A stretch of 63,005 nt of DNA, filler included, from Actinomycetota bacterium (GTDB lineage: Bacteria; Actinomycetota; Acidimicrobiia; Spongiisociales; UBA4744): the NCBI GenBank assembly GCA_013152275.1. It is 6 parts of 5 records of this genome, joined end to end, with 100 filler letters (N's around TTAATTAATTAA, not from the genome) between each part and the next. Parts side by side here need not be neighbours in the genome. Positions count along the whole stretch, not along the records: positions 43,019 to 54,913 come from JAADGS010000018.1; positions 55,014 to 59,253 come from JAADGS010000018.1; positions 59,354 to 63,005 come from JAADGS010000003.1; 3 more parts are not named here. One strand, 5' to 3'. Numbering within the stretch: the stretch's first letter is position 1; each line of letters starts with the position of its first letter. Shown here one piece after another: positions 52,208 through 60,836 of this stretch. Made by a program: the position numbers and the translations under genes. The notes below the pieces were generated by a model. That model saw only the letters and a program-made list of their open reading frames with translations. It made no database searches and was not told the DNA's origin.

Positions 52208-52449
52208 GATGCAAGGCCCTTCTTGATGAGGAACACTTGGGTGTCGCCCAGATCGCTGGCCGAGATGAGCTCGTCGCCGCGTTGGCGGGCGAACGCAGGA
52301 ATGTCGGCGAGGGAGCCGGGATCGGTGCAGACCAGTTTCAGCACCTGGCCCGGCTTGAGATACTTCAAGGCGACGGCCGCCTTGTAGACGGGAAGTGGGC
52401 AGAGCAACCCGTGCGTGTTGAGCGTCTCTGCAACTGGCAGTTGTGTCAT
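52204..52449 (-). CDS. TusA-family sulfurtransferase
   Basis: GLLCPLP, TDPGSLADIPAF. Confidence 0.88.
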   Translation of the reverse strand: MTQLPVAETLNTHGLLCPLPVYKAAVALKYLKPGQVLKLVCTDPGSLADIPAFARQRGDELISASDLGDTQVFLIKKGLAS

Positions 52450-52917
52450 GTCCTTAGTCCTTTGAAATCCGTGGCAGACCCTCGTCGCCGAGGGTGTCCG
52501 CGAAGTGATTTGTGTATGTGAAACCGGAGTCGAGAGATCCAGACGGTCGGGCCGAGGTCGTCGCGATGGCGGGCGCCGGCGCCGGCCGGTGCGATCCGGT
52601 TGAACCGTGCGAGCGGTGTCGGTCGCCCGGTCGGGGGAGTGGTGCTCGGACGCCTTCGTGGCGGTGCACGGTCCGACCGTTCGCGACATATATCAGTTGT
52701 ACGGTCATGGATACCCCCTGGAGATGTGGTGCAACGAAAAGAACCCGCCCGACGTTCCGGCGCGAGATCTCCTGAACTACGTGAAGTGGATCGTTATGTC
52801 AGGTTCTGTCCGCATGCGCAGCGAAAGCTGCAACAACACTCGCATCTGGATTCATGACGACTCATCGACAATAAGTGTAAGACATCTCGTGGGTAATCGG
52901 GAGACATCGGAAGCGCC

Positions 52918-52969
52918 CCCGTTCTCGTGACGCTTGAGCCGGATAGTTCCAACGAAGCGTCACGAGAAC
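52918..52969. repeat. Palindromic repeat, family A
   Basis: GTTCTCGTGACGCTT...AAGCGTCACGAGAAC. Confidence 0.85.
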
Positions 52970-53343
52970 TCAGAGAGGTGGAGGAAGTCCTTGACCTCGA
53001 GCCTCGGTAAGACCAGGTGGAAGAAGGTCGGCATGGATCGCAGCCCCTCGTCGGTTGGGATGAACCGCGGGTCGGTCATCTCCATGATCCGACCACGAGT
53101 CTCCAACCGGCAACCGCCTGCGGCGATGACGTTTTTCACCCAGTCGGTATCGCGTCCGTAGGTGAGGGCGATGATGAAGCCGTCGCCGTGGGGGATCACA
53201 CCGACCGGCGTCGTGTATTGGCGTGCCGATTTCCGGCCGACGTGGTGCACGACACCGAGGAGAGGCGCCACCTTGGCGACTGGTCCGACCACTTTGTTCG
53301 TGAAACGGCGGTTGAACTTCGCAAGGGATTTCGAGAGCGGCAC
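52960..53343 (-). CDS. Deazaflavin-dependent nitroreductase-family oxidoreductase
   Basis: HVGRKSARQYTTPV, LTYGRDTDWVKNV. Confidence 0.8.
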   Translation of the reverse strand: MPLSKSLAKFNRRFTNKVVGPVAKVAPLLGVVHHVGRKSARQYTTPVGVIPHGDGFIIALTYGRDTDWVKNVIAAGGCRLETRGRIMEMTDPRFIPTDEGLRSMPTFFHLVLPRLEVKDFLHLSEFS

Positions 53344-53437
53344 GGCGCGAGTTTACCGCTGAGGCTCGGAAGACGAGGGCGGCGGCTCAAGGTCCATCGC
53401 CCTGAGGCCGAAGCATCATGATCGACAAAGGGGCAAG

Positions 53438-53962
53438 GTGACACCATCCTGGCAGGAGCTCGTTCGAGCCCGCATGCAGAAGGAAATCGCCGAATGGCGA
53501 GAGGAAGGTCGGCGTGCCGACCAGCCCAGCCTCCCACTGGTTCTGCTGGGCGTCGACGGAGTGATCACCGATCTCTCGGCGCGTAGATCTGAGCAAGATC
53601 CTGACGTGGAGCTGCCGGATCCGCCGATTCCGGAGTACATGTCCGGTCTGGTCGGGCATATTGCCGATGTCGCCGAGGTCTGGTGGTGCAGCACCGACGA
53701 TCAAGACTCGCTCGACGATCTCTGCAACTTCCTCGGACTCCGAACGCTGCCCGCCGTGGCCCTGGGTAGCGAGGAGATGTCGGATGCGAGCGTGCGCCGT
53801 CTGCTCTGGAGCGCCGATGCCGGTGGGCGTGCCACGTATTTCATCGATGACTTCGCCGGCGTGGTGCCGGCGCGTCTGCCCGACGGCACGGTCGTGATCG
53901 ATACGGCCGCCGACATGGTGTTGCGGCCCGAACGGGTCCCTTCGGAGCTGCGCGCCGGATAG
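53438..53962 (+). CDS. Hypothetical protein, degenerate HAD-like
   Basis: LLGVDGV, WWCST, FIDD. Confidence 0.45.
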   Translation: MTPSWQELVRARMQKEIAEWREEGRRADQPSLPLVLLGVDGVITDLSARRSEQDPDVELPDPPIPEYMSGLVGHIADVAEVWWCSTDDQDSLDDLCNFLGLRTLPAVALGSEEMSDASVRRLLWSADAGGRATYFIDDFAGVVPARLPDGTVVIDTAADMVLRPERVPSELRAG

Positions 53963-54002
53963 GGCTTCGGGCCAGAGTTCGCGCGAGGCGACCTGAATAT
54001 CA

Positions 54003-54055
54003 CTGAACCCAGGGCTCAGGGGGGTCGTGACGACGCATACGAGCCCTGGGTTCAA
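54003..54055. repeat. Palindromic repeat, family B
   Basis: TGAACCCAGGGCTC...GAGCCCTGGGTTCAA. Confidence 0.85.
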
Positions 54056-54126
54056 CGAGACTCCGCCGTCGAGGACTCACAGCGGCCTCTGTTCAAGGAT
54101 CTTGGGGAACTGCCGATGGCTGAGTG

Positions 54127-54909
54127 ATGGCATCTCGAACCATGAAACTCCGCTACTCGGGCACATGCAGCAACTGTGGACGGTCACTCGACAAAGGCAG
54201 TGAGGCGCGGTGGGACGCGACGACCCGGATGGTCACATGTCTGGACTGCGTGGGCGGGATGTTGCCTCCAGATCCGTTCGCGCTGCCGGTGACGGAGCAC
54301 GCTCCGGGCACCTCGGCGCAGGCCGAGCACGACCGGAGACAGGAGAAACGGGAAGCAAAGGTCCGCGCTGCGCATCCAAAACTGGGCGGCCTGCTCTTGG
54401 CAGTCGCCGGTGAACCTCAATCCGAGGCGGCATGGGCCAAGGGGGCTACGGGCGAGCGTCGAATCGGTGCGTTTCTCGACTCGGTCGAAGGTGTGTGGAC
54501 GCTGCATGATCGAAGGGTGAGAGGTTCGAAAGCGAACATCGATCATCTGGTCGTCGCGGCGTCGGGCGTGTGGATCGTCGACGCCAAGAACTACAAGGGG
54601 AGACTGCAGCGCCGCAACGCCCACAAGTTCACCGTCAACGGTCGAGACCGGACGAAGCTCGTCCCTCCGGTCCTCAAGTACATGCGACAAGTGCGAGAGA
54701 TCGTCGGGGAGGATGTTCCGGTGCGGGGAGCACTGTGCTTCATTGGTGTCGACGTGGGGATCGTCAGCCGGCCGTTCGAGATCGATACCGTCCACGTGCT
54801 GTGGCCACGCGCTCTCAAGCGGGCTCTCGGGCAGGAAGGCCCGATCGATCGTCGTCGCCGGTCGGAGCTGGCAGGACTGCTCGACCGGTCCCTCGTGTTG
54901 GCGACCTGA
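54127..54909 (+). CDS. NERD-domain nuclease with an N-terminal Cys4 zinc ribbon
   Basis: CSNC...CLDC; GATGE, LHD, NIDHLVV, DAKNYKG. Confidence 0.85.
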   Translation: MASRTMKLRYSGTCSNCGRSLDKGSEARWDATTRMVTCLDCVGGMLPPDPFALPVTEHAPGTSAQAEHDRRQEKREAKVRAAHPKLGGLLLAVAGEPQSEAAWAKGATGERRIGAFLDSVEGVWTLHDRRVRGSKANIDHLVVAASGVWIVDAKNYKGRLQRRNAHKFTVNGRDRTKLVPPVLKYMRQVREIVGEDVPVRGALCFIGVDVGIVSRPFEIDTVHVLWPRALKRALGQEGPIDRRRRSELAGLLDRSLVLAT

Positions 54910-54913
54910 ATAT

Positions 54914-55013
54914 NNNNNNNNNNNNNNNNNNNNNNNNNNNNNNNNNNNNNNNNNNNNTTAATTAATTAANNNNNNNNNNNNNNNNNNNNNNNNNNNNNNN
55001 NNNNNNNNNNNNN
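54914..55013. other. Artificial contig spacer
   Basis: N-run with TTAATTAATTAA. Confidence 0.98.
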
Positions 55014-56014
55014 CGGCCGTCGGCTATCGAACGGGCCTCGCCGTGCACGCGGCCAACCCGGACACCGCTCAGGTCCTGGGCGCGATCCTGGGTGCGGGCA
55101 CGGGGTATGTGCTGGGGGGTGTGCTCGGCAGACGGTTTCATTCCTCGCTGGAGGACATGCCGAAGGTCGTGGTTCCTCGCTCGAGTGGCCCGGAGCTCTT
55201 CGCCGGAGCGTTTGGACTGGTGGTCGGCATGTTCGTCGGACTGGTCGTCGGGCTTCCCCTCATCATCTTCCTCCCACCGGAGATCTGGCTGCCTCTCGCG
55301 GTTCTCGTCGTTGTCGTCTTTTCGATTGCCGGGGCACGGCTGTTTTCGGGACGCGCCGATGAGATTCTTGCCGCGACCGGCCTCAGAAGGCGCGGTGGTC
55401 TCGTCACCAGGTCTCTGGATGCATCCGGCTACCTGTTGGACTCCTCGGCGGCCATCGATGGGCGGGTGCTGAACCTCGCGCGTCTCGGCCTTCTGCGTGG
55501 ACGGCTGTGGATTCCCGAATTCGTGATCGACGAGTTGCAGGGCCTCGCAGACGCGAAGGATCAGGATCGCAGGCGGCGAGGACGGCGTGGTCTCGATGTT
55601 CTCGAGGCATTGCGCGACGTGCAGGGTTCTGACGTGGCCGTACTCGAAGAGACCGTTCCCGAGTTCGAAGATGTCGATGCCAAGCTGATCGTCGTTGCCG
55701 GCAGGGCCGAAGCTTCGTTGGTGACGACGGATCACAATCTCGCGAAGGCTGCCGCGGCGAGAGGCATCAACGTGGTGAACCCGCAGGTGCTCGCCGATGC
55801 GCTGAAGGTACCGGTGGCCACGGGTGACCACCTTCATGTGAGGGTGAGCCGAGCCGGCAGCGAGCCGGGTCAGGGTGTGGCGTTTCTGGATGACGGAACG
55901 ATGGTGGTGGTCGAGGATGCGGCCGAGCTCGTCGGCTCCGAGATCGATGTGGAGATCACGGCGACAACTCGTACCGCCGTCGGACGGATGCTGTTCGGGC
56001 GGCAGGTCTCGTAG
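55014..56014 (+). CDS. PIN/TRAM-domain membrane protein (YacL-like), 5'-truncated
   Basis: LDSSAAIDGR, RGRRGLD, QGVAFLDDGTMVVVE. Confidence 0.88.
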
Positions 56015-56024
56015 GCGTGCGCCC

Positions 56025-56510
56025 ATGAGCACGATCGGTTGGGGATTCGACGCTCACCGGTTCGGAGGCGAGGCGCCGGTGGTGCTGGGTGGAGTCGTCG
56101 CCGACGGCCTGCGTGGGCTGGTCGGGACATCCGATGCCGATGTTGTCGCCCACGCGGCTGCCGATGCGTTGCTGGGGGCCGCAGCCCTTGGAGATCTTGG
56201 AACATTCTTTCCGTCCGGTGATGTTCGATGGCAGGGGGCGGACAGCATGGAACTGCTCGAGTCGGTGGTGTCGCGGTGCCGGGCCGTGGGGCTGACCGTC
56301 GACCACATCGATGTGACGGTGGTCGCCGAGACGGTCCGCATCTCCCCGATCCGCGAGGAGATCCGCCGTCGTCTCGCAGACGCGCTGGGTGTCGACCTGG
56401 TGGCGGTCTCGGTCAAGGCAACTTCGACCGACGGTATGGGATTCACCGGTCGAGATGAAGGGATCGCCGCGGTCGCCGTCGTCATCGGCGAACTGGCGCC
56501 CGTCGTCTGA
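56025..56510 (+). CDS. ispF: 2-C-methyl-D-erythritol 2,4-cyclodiphosphate synthase
   Basis: GFDAH, SDADVVAHA, GDLGTFFP, SVKATST. Confidence 0.9.
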   Translation: MSTIGWGFDAHRFGGEAPVVLGGVVADGLRGLVGTSDADVVAHAAADALLGAAALGDLGTFFPSGDVRWQGADSMELLESVVSRCRAVGLTVDHIDVTVVAETVRISPIREEIRRRLADALGVDLVAVSVKATSTDGMGFTGRDEGIAAVAVVIGELAPVV

Positions 56511-56531
56511 CGCTCGGTACCATCGGCGGTA

Positions 56532-57938
56532 ATGAAGGTCTTCAACACGCTCGGTCGTCGGTACGAGGAGTTCACGACACGGGATCCCGGCAAGGTGGCC
56601 ATCTACCTGTGTGGCCCGACCGTGCAGTCCGATCCACACGTGGGGCACGGCAGGGCGGCCGTCGCGTTCGATGTCATTCGCCGGTACCTGCAATGGCGAG
56701 GCTACGAGGTGACCTTCGTGCAGAACGTCACCGATGTGGAAGACAAGATCATCGCCGCCGCGCAGGAGCGCAACGTGCCGGTCGAGGAGCTCGCGAAAGA
56801 GATGACCGATCGTTTCCGGGCCGCATACCGGGCTCTCGGTGCGCTCGTTCCCGACGTGGAACCGCGAGCAACCGATCACATCTCCGAGATGCAGAACCTG
56901 ATCACGATCCTGATCGAGCGTGACCACGCCTACGAGTCGGGTGGGGATGTCTACTTCGTCGTTCGCTCGTTCCCCAAATACGGGGAGCTGTCCGGTCACC
57001 GAATCGACGAGCTCATCTCGGGAGCCCGTGTCGAACCCGGGGAGCACAAGCGCGATCCGCTCGATTTCGCTCTGTGGAAGGCAGCAAAGCCCGGAGAGCC
57101 GCAATGGGACTCTCCGTGGGGCCCCGGCCGGCCTGGCTGGCACATCGAATGCTCTGCGATGTCGATGAAGTACCTCGGAAACGGTTTCGACATTCATGGT
57201 GGGGGTACAGATCTGATCTTTCCTCACCACGAAAACGAGATCGCCCAATCTGAAGGTGCGACCGGCCGGCGGTTCGCTCGCTACTGGCTGCACAACGGGA
57301 TGGTGAATCTCGGTGGCGAGAAGATGGCAAAGTCGACGGGCCAGGTGATCGGCCTGGAGGAGGCCATCGATCGCTTCACGCCGATGGCGATTCGACTGTT
57401 CTATCTTCGCGCCCACTACCGAACCCCTCAGGAGTACTCGGAGGCTCTGCTGGCGGACGCGAAGGCATCCGTCGAGAGGCTGTGGACGTTTCGTCGCCGC
57501 GGACCGGGCGAGCTGTCGACGGAACCCGACGAAGCGGCGATCGCACGATTCGAAGAAGCGATGGACGACGACTTCAATACGCCGGAGGCGGTGGGGATCC
57601 TCTTCGATGTGGTGCGAGAGGGAAACCGGAGAATCGACGCCGGGGAAGACGCGGGGCCGATCTTCTCGGCGTTCGATGTGATCGCAGGTGTGTTGGGCCT
57701 GATTCCCCCGTCCGAGAGCCTCGACGAGTTGAGAATGGAATTGGCTGCACTGGCCGAAGAACTCGGCATCGGTCCCGGTGCGACGGCCGAAGAAACGGTG
57801 GAACGGTTGATCGCCGCCCGACGCGTTGCACGCGATGAGCGTGACTGGGCCACTGCCGATTCCGTGCGGAAACGACTCGATGATCTCGGAGTCGTCCTCG
57901 AGGACACTGCTGATGGCGCGCGCTGGCATCGGCGCTGA
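56532..57938 (+). CDS. cysS: Cysteine--tRNA ligase
   Basis: CGPTV, HVGH, GRPGWHIECS, KMAKS. Confidence 0.97.
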   Translation: MKVFNTLGRRYEEFTTRDPGKVAIYLCGPTVQSDPHVGHGRAAVAFDVIRRYLQWRGYEVTFVQNVTDVEDKIIAAAQERNVPVEELAKEMTDRFRAAYRALGALVPDVEPRATDHISEMQNLITILIERDHAYESGGDVYFVVRSFPKYGELSGHRIDELISGARVEPGEHKRDPLDFALWKAAKPGEPQWDSPWGPGRPGWHIECSAMSMKYLGNGFDIHGGGTDLIFPHHENEIAQSEGATGRRFARYWLHNGMVNLGGEKMAKSTGQVIGLEEAIDRFTPMAIRLFYLRAHYRTPQEYSEALLADAKASVERLWTFRRRGPGELSTEPDEAAIARFEEAMDDDFNTPEAVGILFDVVREGNRRIDAGEDAGPIFSAFDVIAGVLGLIPPSESLDELRMELAALAEELGIGPGATAEETVERLIAARRVARDERDWATADSVRKRLDDLGVVLEDTADGARWHRR

Positions 57939-58638
57939 ACTCGAAGGCGTTCATGCCGTCGAGGCGGCACTCGATCGTGGCAGGGTCGAGACCCTGATCG
58001 TCGAACGCGCCAGGCTTCCGAAACTCGAAGACCTGATGTCTCACGCTCGCGAGCAGGGCGTGGGTGTCAAAGTCGTCGACGAGCTCGAGGCGGTGACGGC
58101 GGTCCCGCAGGGGGTGAGAGCACTTGCCCGGCCCATCCGAACGGTTGCTCTCGACGAGCTCATCGATCCGGCGCCCGCAGCGGTTGTGGTGCTCGACCAT
58201 CTTCAGGATCCGCACAACGTCGGGGCGGTCGTCAGATCCGCGGTTGCCGCAGGCATGACCGGTCTGGTCGTTTCCGATCGGAGATCGGCGCCGCTCGGTC
58301 CGACCGCGTTCAAGGCTGCAGCCGGCGCGTTCGAGCGACTGCGGGTATGTGTGCATCCATCCAGTGCAGACGCAGTCGCGAGGCTCAAGCAGTTGGGACT
58401 GTGGACCATCGGGTTGAGTGCCGACGGTGACACCTCCATCTTCGACTTCGACCTGCTGACCGAACCGATGGCCGTCGTCGTCGGAGGGGAGGGACAGGGG
58501 CTCGGTCGACTCGTGGCGAAGCGCTGCGACGTCCTGGCCCACATTCCGATGGCAGGCGCGGTCGAGAGTCTGAACGCCTCGGTGGCGGCGGCATTGGCGA
58601 TGTTCGAGGTGGCCCGGGTTCGCTCTTCCTTCCCCTAG
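57913..58638 (+). CDS. rlmB: 23S rRNA 2'-O-methyltransferase (RlmB/TrmH family)
   Basis: QDPHNVGAVVRS, GGEGQG, ESLNASVA. Confidence 0.88.
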   Translation: MARAGIGAELEGVHAVEAALDRGRVETLIVERARLPKLEDLMSHAREQGVGVKVVDELEAVTAVPQGVRALARPIRTVALDELIDPAPAAVVVLDHLQDPHNVGAVVRSAVAAGMTGLVVSDRRSAPLGPTAFKAAAGAFERLRVCVHPSSADAVARLKQLGLWTIGLSADGDTSIFDFDLLTEPMAVVVGGEGQGLGRLVAKRCDVLAHIPMAGAVESLNASVAAALAMFEVARVRSSFP

Positions 58639-58827
58639 CAGGGGAGGTACCCGAGCGAAGCGAGGGGGATGGGGTGGAGCCACTGAGCGACCGGCGCCAC
58701 GCGGGTACACCCCCATCGCCTCGAAGACTCGGCCACTTCCCCCTGAGGGGGAAGGAAAGAGACCCCCATCGACGTCGGCTCGTTCCTCGCCTCGGCCACT
58801 TCCCCCTGAGGGGGGAGGAAAGAGACC
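58627..58827. repeat. Cluster of hairpin repeats, family C
   Basis: CTCGGCCACTTCCCCCTGAGGGGG(A/G)AGGAAAGAGACC at 58728 and 58791, plus the related TTCCCCTAGCAGGGGA. Confidence 0.75.
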
Positions 58828-58880
58828 GAGGAGTGTCTATCCTCCTTTCCCAGCCACCGGATGCTTGCCGGGGGCCGATC

Positions 58881-58953
58881 GCTGGCGTAGCTCAGTCGGC
58901 AGAGCAGCCGCCTTGTAAGCGGCAGGTCGTGGGTTCGATTCCCTCCGCCAGCT
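58881..58953 (+). tRNA. tRNA-Thr(TGT)
   Basis: GCTGGCG/CGCCAGC acceptor stem, TAGCTCAG D-arm, GCCGC-CTTGTAA-GCGGC anticodon arm, GTTCGATT; no encoded CCA. Confidence 0.95.
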
Positions 58954-59010
58954 CCGGAAATCCGCCGGTCCGCGGGTGAAGGCAGATACGCTTTCGCTCG
59001 GAGGTTGGTG

Positions 59011-59253
59011 ATGCTCTCCCAGCGAGACAAGATGGTGCTCGATTTCGAACGTTCGTGGTGGATGCTGCCCGGTCCGAAAGACCGTGCAATTCGTGAGCAT
59101 CTCGGGGTGAGCGCCGGAAGCTACTACGGGATCCTTCGGCGGCTCATCGATGCACCCGAAGCCTTGGACTACGACCCGTTGACCATACGTCGTCTTCAAC
59201 GCATGAAGGCGACGAGGGCCCGATCGGCGTCACTTCGAGCCGATTCGGCGAAG
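59011..59253 (+). CDS. DUF3263-like protein (3'-truncated)
   Basis: LDFERSWW..PGPKDRAIRE...YDPLTIRRL. Confidence 0.75.
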
Positions 59254-59353
59254 NNNNNNNNNNNNNNNNNNNNNNNNNNNNNNNNNNNNNNNNNNNNTTA
59301 ATTAATTAANNNNNNNNNNNNNNNNNNNNNNNNNNNNNNNNNNNNNNNNNNNN
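59254..59353. other. Artificial contig spacer
   Basis: N-run with TTAATTAATTAA. Confidence 0.98.
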
Positions 59354-59561
59354 GGGCCAGCAGGCTCACCTCATTCACGGTGAACTGCCGATCCCGGCCG
59401 GCCCGCCCGGCAGTCTCGGCGTCGGACACCATCGAGAACGTCCAGAGCTTGTCGTCCCGCTCGCTCATCCGTTCGGCGAGTTCCGCCTGCGTCCAGCCTC
59501 GCTCGCGTCGGAGCCTGCGCATGTTCCAGGCGATGACCGCATTCGGCGTGAGACCGTCCAT
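59354..59561 (-). CDS. XRE-family HTH regulator (3'-truncated)
   Basis: NMRRLRRERGWTQAELAERM. Confidence 0.75.
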
Positions 59562-59660
59562 GGCTCCGAACGTATCACCGGACAGTGACAGATTCTGCAG
59601 GATGACCAATACGGCGGCTCAGGGGTGGACCCCGTCGTCGGGCCGTCGTACGGTCGAAGC

Positions 59661-59890
59661 CATGACCAGCAACACAACTCCGAGAAAACGACCGAGCATG
59701 CTCGTGGCGTGCGGTCAGGGAGAGCGGCTCCTCACGGTCGAGGAGGTCGCCGAATGGCTCGGCGGCACGATCTACGCCTGGCGGTACCGCAGCACCGGGC
59801 CGGCCAGCTACAAGGTCGGCCGCCACGTCCGGTTCCGCCAAGCCGACGTCGAGCAGTGGCTCGAGGCTCAGCGCACCGAACCGGTACAGC
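59661..59890 (+). pseudogene. Excisionase/AlpA-like HTH protein, apparently damaged
   Basis: LLTVEEVAEWLGGTIYAWRY...GRHVRFRQADVEQWLE; short between LG and TIY; no stop at the expected position. Confidence 0.55.
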
Positions 59891-60125
59891 CGTCAATGCT
59901 TCGTCAACTCCTGGGCGTGTCGCCGGTCCGGAAGGTGGCCCGAACCGTGGTCCCACCGCATGCCGGACTTCGGTCCACAACCGACTCCCCATTGAGCTTG
60001 CCACGCCGGGGTTCCGCCACCCCTGGTGCGCAAGGCGCAAATCCCCGACCCCGCCCCCGCATCGTGCGTCGCCGGGGTCGGGGATTGGGGGTGTCGGAGA
60101 TGAAGGTCAGAGGGAGGGGGAGACG

Positions 60126-60836
60126 GTGGTGAGTATGAGGTTGGTGGGGGTCGGTCAAGGTGTGGTTCGGGGGAAACGGAGAGATGCGGGGGAGATCCGG
60201 CTGACGGATCGGGACCTGTGGGCAATGCGGTGGATTGGAGAGCAGTATGCGATCCGGATGGATCAGCTCGGTGGTCTCCTTGGCTCGCAGGCGGGCGGTC
60301 AGACGAGTATCGAGGGTGTGCTCTCCGAACGGCGGACCCGACGGATCGTCGAACGATGGCGGCAGGCCGGATTCGTCGAGACGCGGAAGATCCTCTACGC
60401 CGAGCCTGGCTGGGTATGGCTGTCGCGTACCGGCCTGCGGGCTGTCGGCCTCCAGGTGAAGTACCTGATTCCCAGACCGATGTGGCTCTCGCACGTCTTC
60501 TGGTGTGCCGAGGTCCGCAGGCGCCTGGAAGCCGAGCACGGAGACATCGAGTGGAGATCCGATCGGCTACTGCACAACGGCGGTTCGACGGTGGAGCCGC
60601 ATCACCTCCCCGACGCCGAGATCGTGCTTGACGGTGTGACCGTTGCGATCGAGGTGGAACTGACGCAGAAGCATCTGAAGCGTCTGGTGGACATCGTGGC
60701 CTGGCACCCCGAGGACTATCAGCGGATCCGCTACTACGTGTCGCCTGCAGCCGAGCGAGGTGTCGGGCGAGCGATCGAGAAGCTCACGCCGGAACGACAG
60801 CAGCGCTTCGACCTAATCCGTTTGGACGGCGCCTGA
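60126..60836 (+). CDS. Replication-relaxation family protein (wHTH plus PD-(D/E)XK)
   Basis: LTDRD, LSHVF, HLPDAEI...AIEVELTQK. Confidence 0.7.
   Translation: MVSMRLVGVGQGVVRGKRRDAGEIRLTDRDLWAMRWIGEQYAIRMDQLGGLLGSQAGGQTSIEGVLSERRTRRIVERWRQAGFVETRKILYAEPGWVWLSRTGLRAVGLQVKYLIPRPMWLSHVFWCAEVRRRLEAEHGDIEWRSDRLLHNGGSTVEPHHLPDAEIVLDGVTVAIEVELTQKHLKRLVDIVAWHPEDYQRIRYYVSPAAERGVGRAIEKLTPERQQRFDLIRLDGA

Noticed and set aside
55956..57929. Long antisense ORFs (this 657-aa one, also 43880-45406, 8485-9849 and others)
   Set aside because: Shadow frames of real high-GC genes on the opposite strand, with no recognisable motifs.
58627..58827. Direct repeats as a CRISPR array
   Set aside because: Only two full units, partly similar intervening sequence, and no cas genes.
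15029..59353. Five identical TTAATTAATTAA motifs within N-runs
   Set aside because: Artificial 100-bp contig spacers with stops in all frames; not biological, and no linkage can be inferred across them.
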